Shown piece by piece: positions 27,699-37,841 of a stretch of DNA of 64,000 nt. The translations under genes and the position numbers were made by a program. The notes under the pieces are model-generated. The model was not told the DNA's origin. It worked only from the letters and a program-made list of their open reading frames with translations, and did no database searches. The DNA is from an uncultured delta proteobacterium (GTDB lineage: Bacteria; Desulfobacterota; RBG-13-43-22): NCBI GenBank assembly GCA_963843145.1, contig CAWJJC010000012.1, positions 192,622-256,621 of the forward strand, written 5' to 3'. Numbering within the stretch: the stretch's first letter is position 1; each line of letters starts with the position of its first letter.

Positions 27699-30132
27699 TC
27701 GTCTTTTTCTCTTTTTTTTCGGGGATCAGAACGGCCTTGGTTTTTTCAATTTCCTCCCGGGTGACCGTCCCGATAATTTCGTCCATTTCTTTGATCTTTT
27801 TGGAAAACTGAATGCCTTCGGCCGCGCTGATCCAGGCCAGTTGGAGACGGTTCTGGTCCAGGCCCAGGCGCTCCATTTTTTTCCAGACCTTCTTCACCCG
27901 CTTTTCGGTCTGCTGGTTGGCATTGATATAGTGGCAGTCCCCGATATGGCATCCGGAAACCAGAACGGCGGCCGCACCCCGGCGAAAGGCGGTTTCAATA
28001 AAACGGGTGCTGATGCGACCGGAACACATGGTGCGGATGATGCGCACCGACGGTGGATACTGCATGCGGCTGACGCCGGCAAAATCGGCGCCGGCGTAGG
28101 AGCACCAGTTACAGCAGAAGGCCACCGCCTTTTTCTCCGGATCTTCTTCGGTGATGGCCTCGATTTGGGCCAGGATTTGCGCATCGGTAAAATGCCGCTG
28201 GCTGAGCGCCCCGAAAGGACACTCGGCCACGCAGGTCCCGCAGCCGGCGCAGGAGGCCTGGGTGACGGCCACGATTTTGGTTTCCGGGTCCTGGCGGATG
28301 GCGGAATAAGGGCAGACCTTGACGCACATCCCGCAGCCCTGGCACAGATCCTCATCGACCTGGGCGGTAATGGCCTCCACCATGACCTTGCCCTGGGACA
28401 TGAGAATGTTGGCCCGGGAAGCGGCGGCACAAGCCTGGGTGACGGAATCCTTGATGTCCTTGGGGCCTTCGGCGCAACCGGCCAAAAAGATGCCGCCGGT
28501 GGGCGTGTCCACCGGCCGCAACTTGGGATGGGCCTCCAGAAAAAAACCGTCCGAACCGGTAGACAGATTCAAAAGCCGCTGGATAACCGGGCTGTCCTTG
28601 CGCGGTTCGATCCCTACGGAAAGTATAGCTAGGTCCGCTTCATAGCGGTAGAGCTGGGAAAGAAGGGTGTTCTCCCCGATGAGCGTCAGGTTATGAGATT
28701 CGGGGTCCTCGATGATTTCCCCGGGGACCCCCCGAATGAAGGAGATCCCCTCCCGGCGCGCCCGCTGAAATAAATCCTCAAAGCCTTTGCCGAAGGCCCG
28801 AATATCAATATAAAAAACGACGACCTTGGTTTCGGGCCAGTGTTCCTTGATCAGCAGGGCGTCCTTAATGGTGTTCATGCAACAGATATTGCTGCAGTAG
28901 ATATTGGAACGCTTGGAGCGGGAACCGATGCATTGCAGGAAGGCCACCGTCTTGGGGATCCGCCGGTCGGAGGGACGGATGAGATTACCCCCGGAGGGAC
29001 CCCCGGCGTTGATCAGCCGTTCGAACTCCAGGCTGGTGATGACATTGGGGAACTTCCGGTAACCGAATTCGGTCAGGGAAGTGGGGTCGTACACGTCCAC
29101 GCCGGTGGCGACGATGATGGTGCCCACCTCCAGGTGCAGGATGCGGTCTTTATCGGCATAGTCGATGCACCGCTTTTGACAAGCCTGGGAACAACGGTCA
29201 CAGGCCACGATGCCGTGTTTGTTCAGGCAGAGGTCCATGTCGATCAGGAAGGTGGAAGGGACGGCCTGGGCAAAGGAGCGGTAGACGGCCCGACGCATGG
29301 ACAGACCGGCATTGAACTCATCCGGAGCCACCTGGGGGCAGACCTGGGTGCAATCCCCGCAGGAAGTACAGGCATCCTTCACATAACGGGCCTTCCGCCG
29401 GATCTGGACTTGAAAATTGCCCACATAGCCGTCCACCTGTTCCACGTCGCTTAAGGTCAATAATTCGATATTGGGGTGGCGGCCGACCTCCGACATCTTG
29501 GGGGCCAAAATACAGATGGAGCAGTCCATGGTGGGGAAGGTCTTGTCGATCTGGGCCATGCGCCCGCCGATGCTGGATTCCTTTTCCACCAGATACACCT
29601 GATAACCGCTGTTGGCCAAATCCAGGGCCGCCTGGATCCCGGCCACTCCACCCCCGATCACCAGGGCCTTGCGGTGCACCGCTACTTCCAGTTCCTGCTG
29701 GGGGGCCAGGAGCCGGGCTCGGGCCACCGCCATTTTGACCAAATCCTGCGCTTTGAGGGTCGCCCCTTCCTTGTCGTGGAGATGTACCCAGGAGCAATGT
29801 TCCCGGATATTGGCCATTTCAAACAGGTAGGGATTCAAGCCGGCGTCCTGGCAGGCGGTTCGAAAGGTGGGTTCATGGAGGCGCGGCGTGCAAGAGGCCA
29901 CCACCACCCGGTTGAGCCGCTGTTCGCGGATATCCTGCTTGATTTCTTCCTGGCCCGGATCGGAGCAGGTGTATAAATTACTCTTGGAGAGAACCACGCC
30001 GGGCAGGGCGGCCGCGTATTCAGCCACCCGAGCACAGTCCACCACGGCGCCGATATTCAGGCCGCATTGGCAGACGTACACCCCGACCCGCGGTTCTTCC
30101 TTGTCTTTTCTGTGAACTTTCTTGGCGGCCAA
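27673..30132 (-). CDS. hdrA: HdrA-MvhD fusion protein
   Basis: VYVCQCG, ASCTPRLHE, GGGVAG FAD site, KTFPTMDC and ferredoxin inserts; C-terminal MvhD domain FCCNWCSY..MCSGR..GCHIGDCHY. Confidence 0.95.
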   Translation of the reverse strand: MAAKKVHRKDKEEPRVGVYVCQCGLNIGAVVDCARVAEYAAALPGVVLSKSNLYTCSDPGQEEIKQDIREQRLNRVVVASCTPRLHEPTFRTACQDAGLNPYLFEMANIREHCSWVHLHDKEGATLKAQDLVKMAVARARLLAPQQELEVAVHRKALVIGGGVAGIQAALDLANSGYQVYLVEKESSIGGRMAQIDKTFPTMDCSICILAPKMSEVGRHPNIELLTLSDVEQVDGYVGNFQVQIRRKARYVKDACTSCGDCTQVCPQVAPDEFNAGLSMRRAVYRSFAQAVPSTFLIDMDLCLNKHGIVACDRCSQACQKRCIDYADKDRILHLEVGTIIVATGVDVYDPTSLTEFGYRKFPNVITSLEFERLINAGGPSGGNLIRPSDRRIPKTVAFLQCIGSRSKRSNIYCSNICCMNTIKDALLIKEHWPETKVVVFYIDIRAFGKGFEDLFQRARREGISFIRGVPGEIIEDPESHNLTLIGENTLLSQLYRYEADLAILSVGIEPRKDSPVIQRLLNLSTGSDGFFLEAHPKLRPVDTPTGGIFLAGCAEGPKDIKDSVTQACAAASRANILMSQGKVMVEAITAQVDEDLCQGCGMCVKVCPYSAIRQDPETKIVAVTQASCAGCGTCVAECPFGALSQRHFTDAQILAQIEAITEEDPEKKAVAFCCNWCSYAGADFAGVSRMQYPPSVRIIRTMCSGRISTRFIETAFRRGAAAVLVSGCHIGDCHYINANQQTEKRVKKVWKKMERLGLDQNRLQLAWISAAEGIQFSKKIKEMDEIIGTVTREEIEKTKAVLIPEKKEKKTSEGTKGDQ

Positions 30133-30162
30133 CCCGGTAACTCCTTTAATAAAGCCTTGGTA

Positions 30163-30744
30163 TTAGCTGACTGGCGACTGATCGCCGCCGGCTGCAGTCA
30201 ATTGTTTTCCGTAGGCATACCCTTTTTCGAAGGCCTTGAGGTTCAATTCCTCGGTTCCCCGGGGGATGGAATCGAAAAGGGCCTGTTTCATGGCCTCGTA
30301 GCCGACCACCTCGGTCACGGAGGTGATAAACCCCAGCATGACGATATTGGCCACGATCTTCCGCCCCAGTTTTTCGGCAAACCGGGTGGCGGGGATTTTG
30401 AACAAGCGGGAGCCCTCCGGGGCCGAATCCAACTGGACCAGATCCTCATCGATCAGGACCGTGGAATGACCCGATAACCCGCTTCCGTAGGTATTTTTGG
30501 CCTCTTCGGACATGAGGACCAGAATCTCCGGGTGGGTCACCCGGGGATAATGAATCTCCCCCCGGGAGAGGACCACATCGGCGCTGCAGGCGCCTCCCCG
30601 GGCCTCCGGGCCGTAACTCTGGGTAAAAACCGCATTGAGGTGCTCGAACAAGGCGGCGGCCTTGCCCAGGACCTGGCCGGCCAGGACGATCCCCTGGCCG
30701 CCGAAGCCCGCCAGTCGGATTTCTGTTTTTGTATCGGTACTCAT
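30163..30744 (-). CDS. 2-oxoacid:ferredoxin oxidoreductase gamma subunit
   Basis: AGFGGQG, QSYGPEARGG, NIVMLG. Confidence 0.93.
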   Translation of the reverse strand: MSTDTKTEIRLAGFGGQGIVLAGQVLGKAAALFEHLNAVFTQSYGPEARGGACSADVVLSRGEIHYPRVTHPEILVLMSEEAKNTYGSGLSGHSTVLIDEDLVQLDSAPEGSRLFKIPATRFAEKLGRKIVANIVMLGFITSVTEVVGYEAMKQALFDSIPRGTEELNLKAFEKGYAYGKQLTAAGGDQSPVS

Positions 30745-30825
30745 TGGAATAAGTCGCCCGTAGTTAGGATCTAACCATCCGAAATTCGGCTTTCTCTGTG
30801 CTAACCAAAAGTCAACTATTTTTGG

Positions 30826-31722
30826 TTAGTTTTCCCGTTTAAATTTGCTTAAAATATTTTCCTGATAGAGTTCGTCGAAGGTCGGCCGGCTTTGATCAAT
30901 AAATTTTCCGACGATGATTTTTCCCTTCAGGCTAATGTCCGCTTCACGGGGGTCCGTGTCGTTTTGAACCAGGCTGTTCTCCCGATAAAACTTCATCTCG
31001 TCCAGGCCGCTGCCCAGTTTGTTCGGTCGCCCGTACCCGATGGGGCAGGGGGAGATGACTTCAATGAAGGTAAACCCCTTTTTGGTCAGGCTTTCCGCGA
31101 TGGCGGTGACCAGATGCCGGGCATGAAAGGTGGTCCAGCGGGCCACGTATACCGCCCCGCTGGCATAAGCCAGAAAGGGCAGGTTGAAGGAATGCTCGAA
31201 ATTGCCGTAGGGGGTGGTGGTGGTCCGGGCCGTCACCGGGGTCGTGGGGGCCGCCTGGCCGCCGGTCATGCCGTAATTGAAATTGTTGACGCAGATGATC
31301 TTCAGATTGATGTTTCGCCGGGCGGCATGAATGAAGTGATTGCCGCCGATGGCGAAGAGGTCCCCGTCACCGCTGAAGACCGTTACCGTCAGGTCCGGCC
31401 GAACCAGGGCCAGGCCGGTGGCGAAGGGGATGGCCCGCCCGTGGGTGGTGTGGTACGTGTCCATGTCCAGATAACCGGCCACCCGGCCCGTACAGCCGAT
31501 TCCGGAAACCACCGCCGTCTGGTCCACCTGCAGGCCGGCCGTCTTCAGCCCGTTGATGTAGGTATTCAGGACTACCCCCAGCCCGCAGCCCGGACACCAG
31601 ATATGGGGGATGCGGCCCGGCTTTAAATAGATATCGTCGGGATGGAAGCCATGCTGCTCCTCCCTGATCCGGCCGATGGTCTGAGGGTCATAGGGGACTA
31701 GGGGTGGATAGCGGATTTTCAT
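30826..31722 (-). CDS. 2-oxoacid:ferredoxin oxidoreductase beta subunit (KorB-like)
   Basis: WCPGCG, SGIGC, GDGD..GGNH and NN..YGMTGGQ TPP motif. Confidence 0.94.
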   Translation of the reverse strand: MKIRYPPLVPYDPQTIGRIREEQHGFHPDDIYLKPGRIPHIWCPGCGLGVVLNTYINGLKTAGLQVDQTAVVSGIGCTGRVAGYLDMDTYHTTHGRAIPFATGLALVRPDLTVTVFSGDGDLFAIGGNHFIHAARRNINLKIICVNNFNYGMTGGQAAPTTPVTARTTTTPYGNFEHSFNLPFLAYASGAVYVARWTTFHARHLVTAIAESLTKKGFTFIEVISPCPIGYGRPNKLGSGLDEMKFYRENSLVQNDTDPREADISLKGKIIVGKFIDQSRPTFDELYQENILSKFKREN

Positions 31723-32870
31723 ACCAGCGTTTCCTTAACGGCCTCGATGATATCGGCGGGGGTGTGGATCGATCCGCCCATGAGAGGCAGCAGCACCGTT
31801 TCCGCCCGACCCTGGGCGCAGCGCTCCACCTCGTAGGCCATCTGGCCGTAATTGATTTCCGGGACGATAAAGGCCTTGACCCGCGCGGAGATTTCTCTGA
31901 TCTCTTCTTCCGGAAAGGGCCAGAGGGTGATGAGACGCAGCAGTCCGACTTTTTCTCCGGCCTGCCGGAGATCGGTAACCGCCTCCCGGGCGGCCCGGGC
32001 GGTACACCCATAGGCCACGACCACCACCTCGGCCTGCTCCAGGCCGAGGGCTTCGGTCTGGATGATCTTGGCCGCGTTCAGACGGATTTTATCCACCAGC
32101 CTCCGGACCAGGCGTTCATGGGTCGCTGCCGTAATGACCGGATACCCCTGTTCGTCGTGGGTCAATCCGGTGACATGGACATGGTAGCCATCCCCGGCAC
32201 AGGCCATGGAAGGAACCAGGTCCTCCCCGGCCAGAAAAGGGAGATAGCACTCCCGGGTCTGATCCGGACGTTGGCGGGCAACCAACTGAATCTGTTCCGC
32301 CGGCGGGATAATTACTTTTTCGCTCATGTGCCCCACCATCTCATCCCCCAAAACAAAAACGGGCAAACGGTAGGTTTCCGACAGATTGAAGGCCGTAACG
32401 GTCAAATCAAACATTTCCTGAGGGGAGGAAGGGGAGAGGGCAATCACCCCATAGTCCCCATGCGACCCCCAGCGGGCCTGCATGACGTCCGCCTGGCCGA
32501 CCAGGGTGGGCAACCCGGTGGAGGGACCGGCGCGCATAATGTTCACCACCACACAGGGAGTCTCGGTCATCATACCCAACCCGATATTTTCCATCATCAG
32601 GGAAAAACCCGGACCGGAGGTGGCGGTCATGGCCTTCGCCCCGCCCCAGGAGGCCCCCAGGATGGCCGCCATGGAAGCGATTTCGTCTTCCATCTGGATG
32701 CACATCCCCTGCACCTGGGGGAGTCGTTTAGCCAGTCGTTCGGCGATTTCGGTGGCCGGGGTAATGGGATAACCGGCAAAAAAGCGACACCCGGCGGCGA
32801 TGGCGCCCTCGGCGCAGGCTTCATCGCCGTTGATAAAAAATTCACCTGTTAAGAATCCTGGAATGGACAT
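31719..32870 (-). CDS. 2-oxoacid:ferredoxin oxidoreductase alpha subunit (KorA-like)
   Basis: AGYPITPATE, QMEDE, TSGPG, RAGPSTGLPT; start at 32870 or 32909. Confidence 0.94.
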   Translation of the reverse strand: MSIPGFLTGEFFINGDEACAEGAIAAGCRFFAGYPITPATEIAERLAKRLPQVQGMCIQMEDEIASMAAILGASWGGAKAMTATSGPGFSLMMENIGLGMMTETPCVVVNIMRAGPSTGLPTLVGQADVMQARWGSHGDYGVIALSPSSPQEMFDLTVTAFNLSETYRLPVFVLGDEMVGHMSEKVIIPPAEQIQLVARQRPDQTRECYLPFLAGEDLVPSMACAGDGYHVHVTGLTHDEQGYPVITAATHERLVRRLVDKIRLNAAKIIQTEALGLEQAEVVVVAYGCTARAAREAVTDLRQAGEKVGLLRLITLWPFPEEEIREISARVKAFIVPEINYGQMAYEVERCAQGRAETVLLPLMGGSIHTPADIIEAVKETLV

Positions 32871-32936
32871 GGTCCTGTTGCTTTCCCGATCTTCCGCTCC
32901 CGGGTTCAAAACGGGGGGAGATCCGCCGGAGGGGGA

Positions 32937-33251
32937 TTACACTCCGAATTTCTTGGAATAATTAATGATGTCCTCGGCGGTTAATTCTTTGTACTCTTTC
33001 AGCTCACTGTAGATGGCAAATTCCGGGCAGATTATTTCGCAGAGGTTGCAATTCACGCACTCCCCTTGCTTGGTGACCATGGGGGGATGATACCCTTTTT
33101 TATTAAATTCGGAGGATTCCTTGAGGACCTGGTTCGGGCAGAACTCAATGCAAAAGTTGCACCCCTTGCAACGGTCCTTAATAATATGCAATTCCCCGAT
33201 CGGTATGGAGTGGGAAGAGGCATCTAATGGAAGTCTCCAAAATTTCATCAT
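32937..33251 (-). CDS. 2x[4Fe-4S] ferredoxin (oxidoreductase delta subunit)
   Basis: CKGCNFCIEFCP and CVNCNLCEIICPEFAI. Confidence 0.92.
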   Translation of the reverse strand: MMKFWRLPLDASSHSIPIGELHIIKDRCKGCNFCIEFCPNQVLKESSEFNKKGYHPPMVTKQGECVNCNLCEIICPEFAIYSELKEYKELTAEDIINYSKKFGV

Positions 33252-33283
33252 TTTACCAATAAAATAGGAAAATAAAGCTTTAC

Positions 33284-33312
33284 TTTGTAATAATTTCCGG
33301 ACTGTTTGTCAA
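33284..33312 (-). promoter_or_regulatory. Putative sigma70 promoter of the oxidoreductase-hdr cluster
   Basis: Minus strand TTGACA-N17-TACAAA. Confidence 0.5.
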
Positions 33313-33482
33313 TAAGAATCTCAGCGGACCGTTTAAAAGAGGGTGTTCGCCCTTTGGAGTGGGAGGCCAGACGGTACGGATGGTTCGTCCGAAACCGGAT
33401 TTTCGCGGGCGCCGGATTTCAACGAAAGGGTGTTCCTCCGGTACGCCCCATTCCGGTCCTGGGCCTAACGGGATGATTTAGT

Positions 33483-35717
33483 CTAACGCAGGCTGGCGGC
33501 TGGTAAACGCAAGATGATCGAAGTACCCTTTCCTTTCTTCCCTTCGATCGCAACCGCACCTCCGAAGATCAGCGCCCGCTCACGCATGCCCACCAGCCCG
33601 AGGGAATGGGTGTGGGCAATCTCTTCCGGGGAAATTCCCCGACCGTTGTCCCGGATGGTCAGGACCAAATCCCGGCCTTTTTTTATAAGAGAAGTTTCCA
33701 GTCGGGTCGCCTGCGCGTGGCGAACCACATTAGTCAAAGCCTCCTGGAAAATACGAAAAACAGCTATCGAAAGGTCCGGTTTCAGGTCAAGTTTTTTAAG
33801 GGTCGAACGAAAACGGCAGGTTATGCCGGTTTTAGCGGCGAACTCCTGGGCCTGCCATTCGAGGGCGGCCACCAGGCCGAAATCATCCAGTATCCGGGGG
33901 CGCAGTTCGGAGGAAATCCGGCGCACCGTCTGAACGGTCTGATCAATCGATTGGCCCAGGGCCTGGATCTTCTTCTTCAGCTCCGGCTGGTTCGGGTTGA
34001 GATGCCGGAGAAGCCAGCCCAGGTCCATCTTGAGGCCGGTCAGTCGCTGCCCCAGGTCGTCGTGGATCTCCCGGGAGATGTTGGCCCGCTCTTCTTCCCG
34101 TACCGATTGAATGTGGGCGGAAAGGGCCCGCAGTTTTTCCTGGGATTTTTTTAAACCTTCCTCCGCCTGCTTAGGGCCGGTGACATCCACATGCGTCCCG
34201 ACCAGTCGCAGTGCCCGCCCCTGATCATCGCGGGCCATACATTTCCCGCGGCCCAAAATCCAATGCCACTCCCCGTTTTTGGCTTTCATCCGGTATTCAA
34301 CTTCAAACGTTTCACGGCGACCCTCAATACAGTCCAGGTTCGCCTGCAGGGCACGTTCGCGGTCTTCAGTGTGGATCAGGTCCTTCCAGGCGTTGCCTTT
34401 TCCAGGGAAATCGCCGAGTTCGTAGCCCAACATGCGGTAGTACGCCGGACTGAAATAGGCCTCGTCAGTCTTGATGTTCCAGTCCCAAAGGCCATCGCTG
34501 GTCGCCTCCATACTCCGCTTGAACCGCTCCACGCTCTTGCGGAGTTCCTCTTCCGCCAGTTTGCGTTCGGTAATATCCGAGGCAAAGCCGATCGTCCCGG
34601 CGACCTTTCCTTCATCATCATGGTAGACCATCTTATCCGTGCGATTCCAGCCACGTTCCCCGGATGGTTTTTGAAAGTGTTCCTCGATGCCGAATTCGGG
34701 GACGCCGGAGATCAGAATTCTCCGATCATCGCCGATGAATTGATCGGCTGTCTCGGCCGGGAAGAGGTCATGGTCCGTTTTCCCGATAATGTCTTCTTCT
34801 GCCAATCCGAAGGTCTGACAATAGGCCCTGTTCACCGCCACGTATTTTTCATCCAGCCCTTTTTGCCAGATCAGCGCCGGAACCGTATCGAAGATCAGCT
34901 TGAGTTGCTGTTGGGTTTTTTCCAGCGTTTCTTCCGTCCGCTTTCGTTCGGTGATGTCCTGGACAGTCCCTTGGTAGCCGATTAACTCTCCCCGCTCATT
35001 GAATACGGTCCTGGTTTCGTCATGCACCCAGATGGTTTTCCCCTCCGGGCGGAGGACTCGGAAGTCGAGAGAAAAAGGCTCCTGTTTTTCAACGGCCTGC
35101 CGTATGGTGTTCTGCCAAAAATCAAGGTCCTCGGGGTGCACAAAGGATTTGGCGAGTTGGTACGAGGCTTCCTCTCGAGGGGCTCCGAATATCTTATACA
35201 CTTGATCAGACCATTCCGCTCGATCGGGGGCCATATTCCAAGACCAGTGGCCTATTTTCCCAATCGCCTGGGTTAGTTTAAGTTTCTCCTCGCTCGCGGA
35301 CAACGCTTCCGCTATTTGCTTTTCTCTCATCCGAGATTCGAAAAGCCGAAAAGCCGTTTTGATGGAGGCCATTAAAACGTTCTCCCCGGAGTTCACGATG
35401 ACCTCACCAGAGGAGGTCAGGTCCTCAATTTCTTTTACCCCGTCAGGAGCGGCCTGGGAAGATAAAAAGATTAGTGGAAGGTCACGCTGCTGAAGAATGA
35501 TTTCAGCAACCTGGAACCCGTCGGGACCCTTTCCCGGATTGACGCCGATCAAGACGAGGTCTATCTCCGGTGACGTTTGAATGGCGGCTAGCGCTTTTTT
35601 GCGGGTGTGAACGATGATGACCTTGAATCCGTACCGCTCCAGCGTCAGCGTTTCGTCCCTGCCGCTGCGGGCTTTATCTTGAACGAAAAGGATGGTTGGC
35701 TGTTTCCGGGTACTCAT
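33483..35717 (-). CDS. Cytoplasmic sensor histidine kinase: degenerate receiver, three PAS domains, HisKA_3/HATPase
   Basis: ISREIHDDLGQ H-box, FQEALTNVVRHA, DNGRG; PAS/PAC ends DITERK. Confidence 0.92.
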   Translation of the reverse strand: MSTRKQPTILFVQDKARSGRDETLTLERYGFKVIIVHTRKKALAAIQTSPEIDLVLIGVNPGKGPDGFQVAEIILQQRDLPLIFLSSQAAPDGVKEIEDLTSSGEVIVNSGENVLMASIKTAFRLFESRMREKQIAEALSASEEKLKLTQAIGKIGHWSWNMAPDRAEWSDQVYKIFGAPREEASYQLAKSFVHPEDLDFWQNTIRQAVEKQEPFSLDFRVLRPEGKTIWVHDETRTVFNERGELIGYQGTVQDITERKRTEETLEKTQQQLKLIFDTVPALIWQKGLDEKYVAVNRAYCQTFGLAEEDIIGKTDHDLFPAETADQFIGDDRRILISGVPEFGIEEHFQKPSGERGWNRTDKMVYHDDEGKVAGTIGFASDITERKLAEEELRKSVERFKRSMEATSDGLWDWNIKTDEAYFSPAYYRMLGYELGDFPGKGNAWKDLIHTEDRERALQANLDCIEGRRETFEVEYRMKAKNGEWHWILGRGKCMARDDQGRALRLVGTHVDVTGPKQAEEGLKKSQEKLRALSAHIQSVREEERANISREIHDDLGQRLTGLKMDLGWLLRHLNPNQPELKKKIQALGQSIDQTVQTVRRISSELRPRILDDFGLVAALEWQAQEFAAKTGITCRFRSTLKKLDLKPDLSIAVFRIFQEALTNVVRHAQATRLETSLIKKGRDLVLTIRDNGRGISPEEIAHTHSLGLVGMRERALIFGGAVAIEGKKGKGTSIILRLPAASLR

Positions 35718-35933
35718 GGATGTCTTCCCGTTTCAATGGGAATAAGGACCGCCCGGGCCTTCTTCCCCGGCGGCCGCTTCAGGATTTGGGGACCAATGAT
35801 CATAAACTCTTCTGATTGAAGGGACCCTCCAGCGCCGACCGACTATTTTTCTGGCAAGTCCTTCCGCCGCTGAAGGCCGAATCCCGCTAACCTGGAATCC
35901 CGGGCCAGGGGGATTCGATCCGAAAAGCAAAAA

Positions 35934-36449
35934 TCAGCTCAGGGAGGATAGCAATTCGGACGCTAGATCCCGGACCTCCTCGTCCTCGGCCAGCGCGAAC
36001 AGGGTGCGCAGCTTGCTCAGGAAGGCCTGCTGTTCCCGAGGGGAACGCGTGGGATGCAGTCGGGCCATCAGCTCGAGACTGCCGTTCGAAATAGCGGGGT
36101 CGGGAAAGTCCAGAAAAAGGAAGAGCAGGCCCCAGTCTCGGGGCAGGCCGTATTCTTTGACATACTCTTTGACCAGGGAGGGGAATTTTTTGCTTCCGAA
36201 ATTCCGCTGCAGGGCGTCCGCCAGCTTCTGGTGGGCCGGGGTCCCCTGCTTGCCCTCAAAAACCTTATGCGCCTCCTGGAGCGCCCGCTGGCGCATCCGT
36301 TCCGCCCGGGGGCTTCCCGGTCGGACCGCCGGCCGCTCTCCTCGGGAGACATGACGGCTGCCGTCCCGCCGCTGGTCGATTTCCCGCCAGGAGAGCCGCT
36401 CCCGTTCGGAGGAATCGTTATTTCGCGGGGTCACCCGGCTCACCTTCAC
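35934..36449 (-). CDS. Hypothetical protein
   Basis: SWREIDQRRD motif; last gene of the long minus-strand run. Confidence 0.7.
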   Translation of the reverse strand: MKVSRVTPRNNDSSERERLSWREIDQRRDGSRHVSRGERPAVRPGSPRAERMRQRALQEAHKVFEGKQGTPAHQKLADALQRNFGSKKFPSLVKEYVKEYGLPRDWGLLFLFLDFPDPAISNGSLELMARLHPTRSPREQQAFLSKLRTLFALAEDEEVRDLASELLSSLS

Positions 36450-37821
36450 TGGGCGGACGCCAGTCCGGCGTGTTCTTTAAAGGAGGCTGGCCGGTGGATT
36501 CCAAAACGCTTAACCACATATTGCCCTCCAGGTCCACCTGCTTTCTGCGGGCCACCGCGGCCCGGATGGGGACGTGCACGTACTGGTTGTTCCAGAGGCT
36601 GACCAGCATATTGGTCTTGCCGGCCATCCCGGCATGGACCGCGTTTTGACCCAGGAAGCCGCAAAAGATCCGGTCGCTGGAATTGGCCGGCTGGCTGCGG
36701 ACAATGTAACTGGGATCGATGTATTTCAGGTTGATTTCCAGATTCAGCCGGGCGAAGTGCGTTTTGATTTTATCGACTAGAAAAGGCCCGATATCGCCCA
36801 ATTTGATGTTTCCCGAGGGGTCCCGCCGCAAGGGGTCGCCGGTAAAAAACTTTTGTCCGGCGCCTTCGGCCACCACGATCACCACATGTTTACGATCAGC
36901 CAGGCGTTTTTGAATCGCGGCCAGCAACCCCTCGGGACCCTCCAGGTCGAAATCGGTTTCGGGAATGATCACTAAATTAGCTTCCCGGGAGGCCAGGGCG
37001 GCATGGGCGGCGATAAAGCCGGAGTTGCGCCCCATCAGCTTGACGATCCCGATTCCATGGGGCGCCCCCAGGGATTCGATATGGGCGCTGCGGATGGTCC
37101 CGGCCGCGCTTTCCACGGCCGTGGCAAAACCGAAAGACTTTTCCACCAGGGAGATATCGTTGTCGATGGTCTTGGGGATGCCGATGACCGCCGTGACCAG
37201 GCCGCGTCGTTTGATTTCCCGAGAGATCAGATCGGCTCCCCGCAGGGTGCCGTCGCCGCCGATGGCAAACAGGATGTTGACGTTAAGCTGCTGCAGGGAA
37301 TCCACGATTTCCTCGATCGGATATTGGCCCCGGGAAGAAGAGAGAATCGTTCCCCCCAGCTCGTGAATGGAGGAGACCCGCTCGGGATTCAAATCGATCA
37401 CCGAGTGATTGTAGGCCGGGATGAAACCTTGATAGCCGTAGGGGATGCCGATAATATTTTGGACACCGTAGATATAATAGAGCTCCAGGACGATGGCTCG
37501 GATCACATCGTTCAGTCCGGGGCAGAGTCCGCCGGCGGTGACGATGGCGCATTTGACCTGCTTGGGGTGAAAAAAAATCTTGTCTCGGGGGCCGGCCTTT
37601 TCGAAGGACAAAGGCGCCTCGCCCCGGCGAAAACAATCCAGAAAATACTGTTCGGATAGATCGATGACGACCCGATCTTGGTCGCGGATATAGTTTTTGC
37701 AGATGCGCTCGGGGTCCTGCAGTCCCTCATTGGAGAAGCAGCGGACCGGGGTTTCGGTTTTAGGCGCCCCGACGGTTTCAATCAGGACGTCTTCCTCCGT
37801 GAGACAATTGATAATATCCAT
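36418..37821 (-). CDS. pfkA: ATP-dependent 6-phosphofructokinase (long type)
   Basis: GGLCPG, GGDGT, PKTIDND, MGR, YIDPSY. Confidence 0.93.
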   Translation of the reverse strand: MDIINCLTEEDVLIETVGAPKTETPVRCFSNEGLQDPERICKNYIRDQDRVVIDLSEQYFLDCFRRGEAPLSFEKAGPRDKIFFHPKQVKCAIVTAGGLCPGLNDVIRAIVLELYYIYGVQNIIGIPYGYQGFIPAYNHSVIDLNPERVSSIHELGGTILSSSRGQYPIEEIVDSLQQLNVNILFAIGGDGTLRGADLISREIKRRGLVTAVIGIPKTIDNDISLVEKSFGFATAVESAAGTIRSAHIESLGAPHGIGIVKLMGRNSGFIAAHAALASREANLVIIPETDFDLEGPEGLLAAIQKRLADRKHVVIVVAEGAGQKFFTGDPLRRDPSGNIKLGDIGPFLVDKIKTHFARLNLEINLKYIDPSYIVRSQPANSSDRIFCGFLGQNAVHAGMAGKTNMLVSLWNNQYVHVPIRAAVARRKQVDLEGNMWLSVLESTGQPPLKNTPDWRPPSEGEPGDPAK

Positions 37822-37841
37822 GGTGGTCCTTTTCGAACAAG

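Noticed and set aside
27652-28632. Long plus-strand ORFs antisense to hdrA (similarly 42581-43498 and 39692-40564)
   Set aside because: Shadow ORFs typical of GC-rich coding DNA; no motifs, and the opposite strand has well-supported genes.
27673-30132. Selenocysteine in HdrA or MvhD
   Set aside because: The ORF is uninterrupted and has Cys at the relevant motifs (MDCSIC, CNWCSY).
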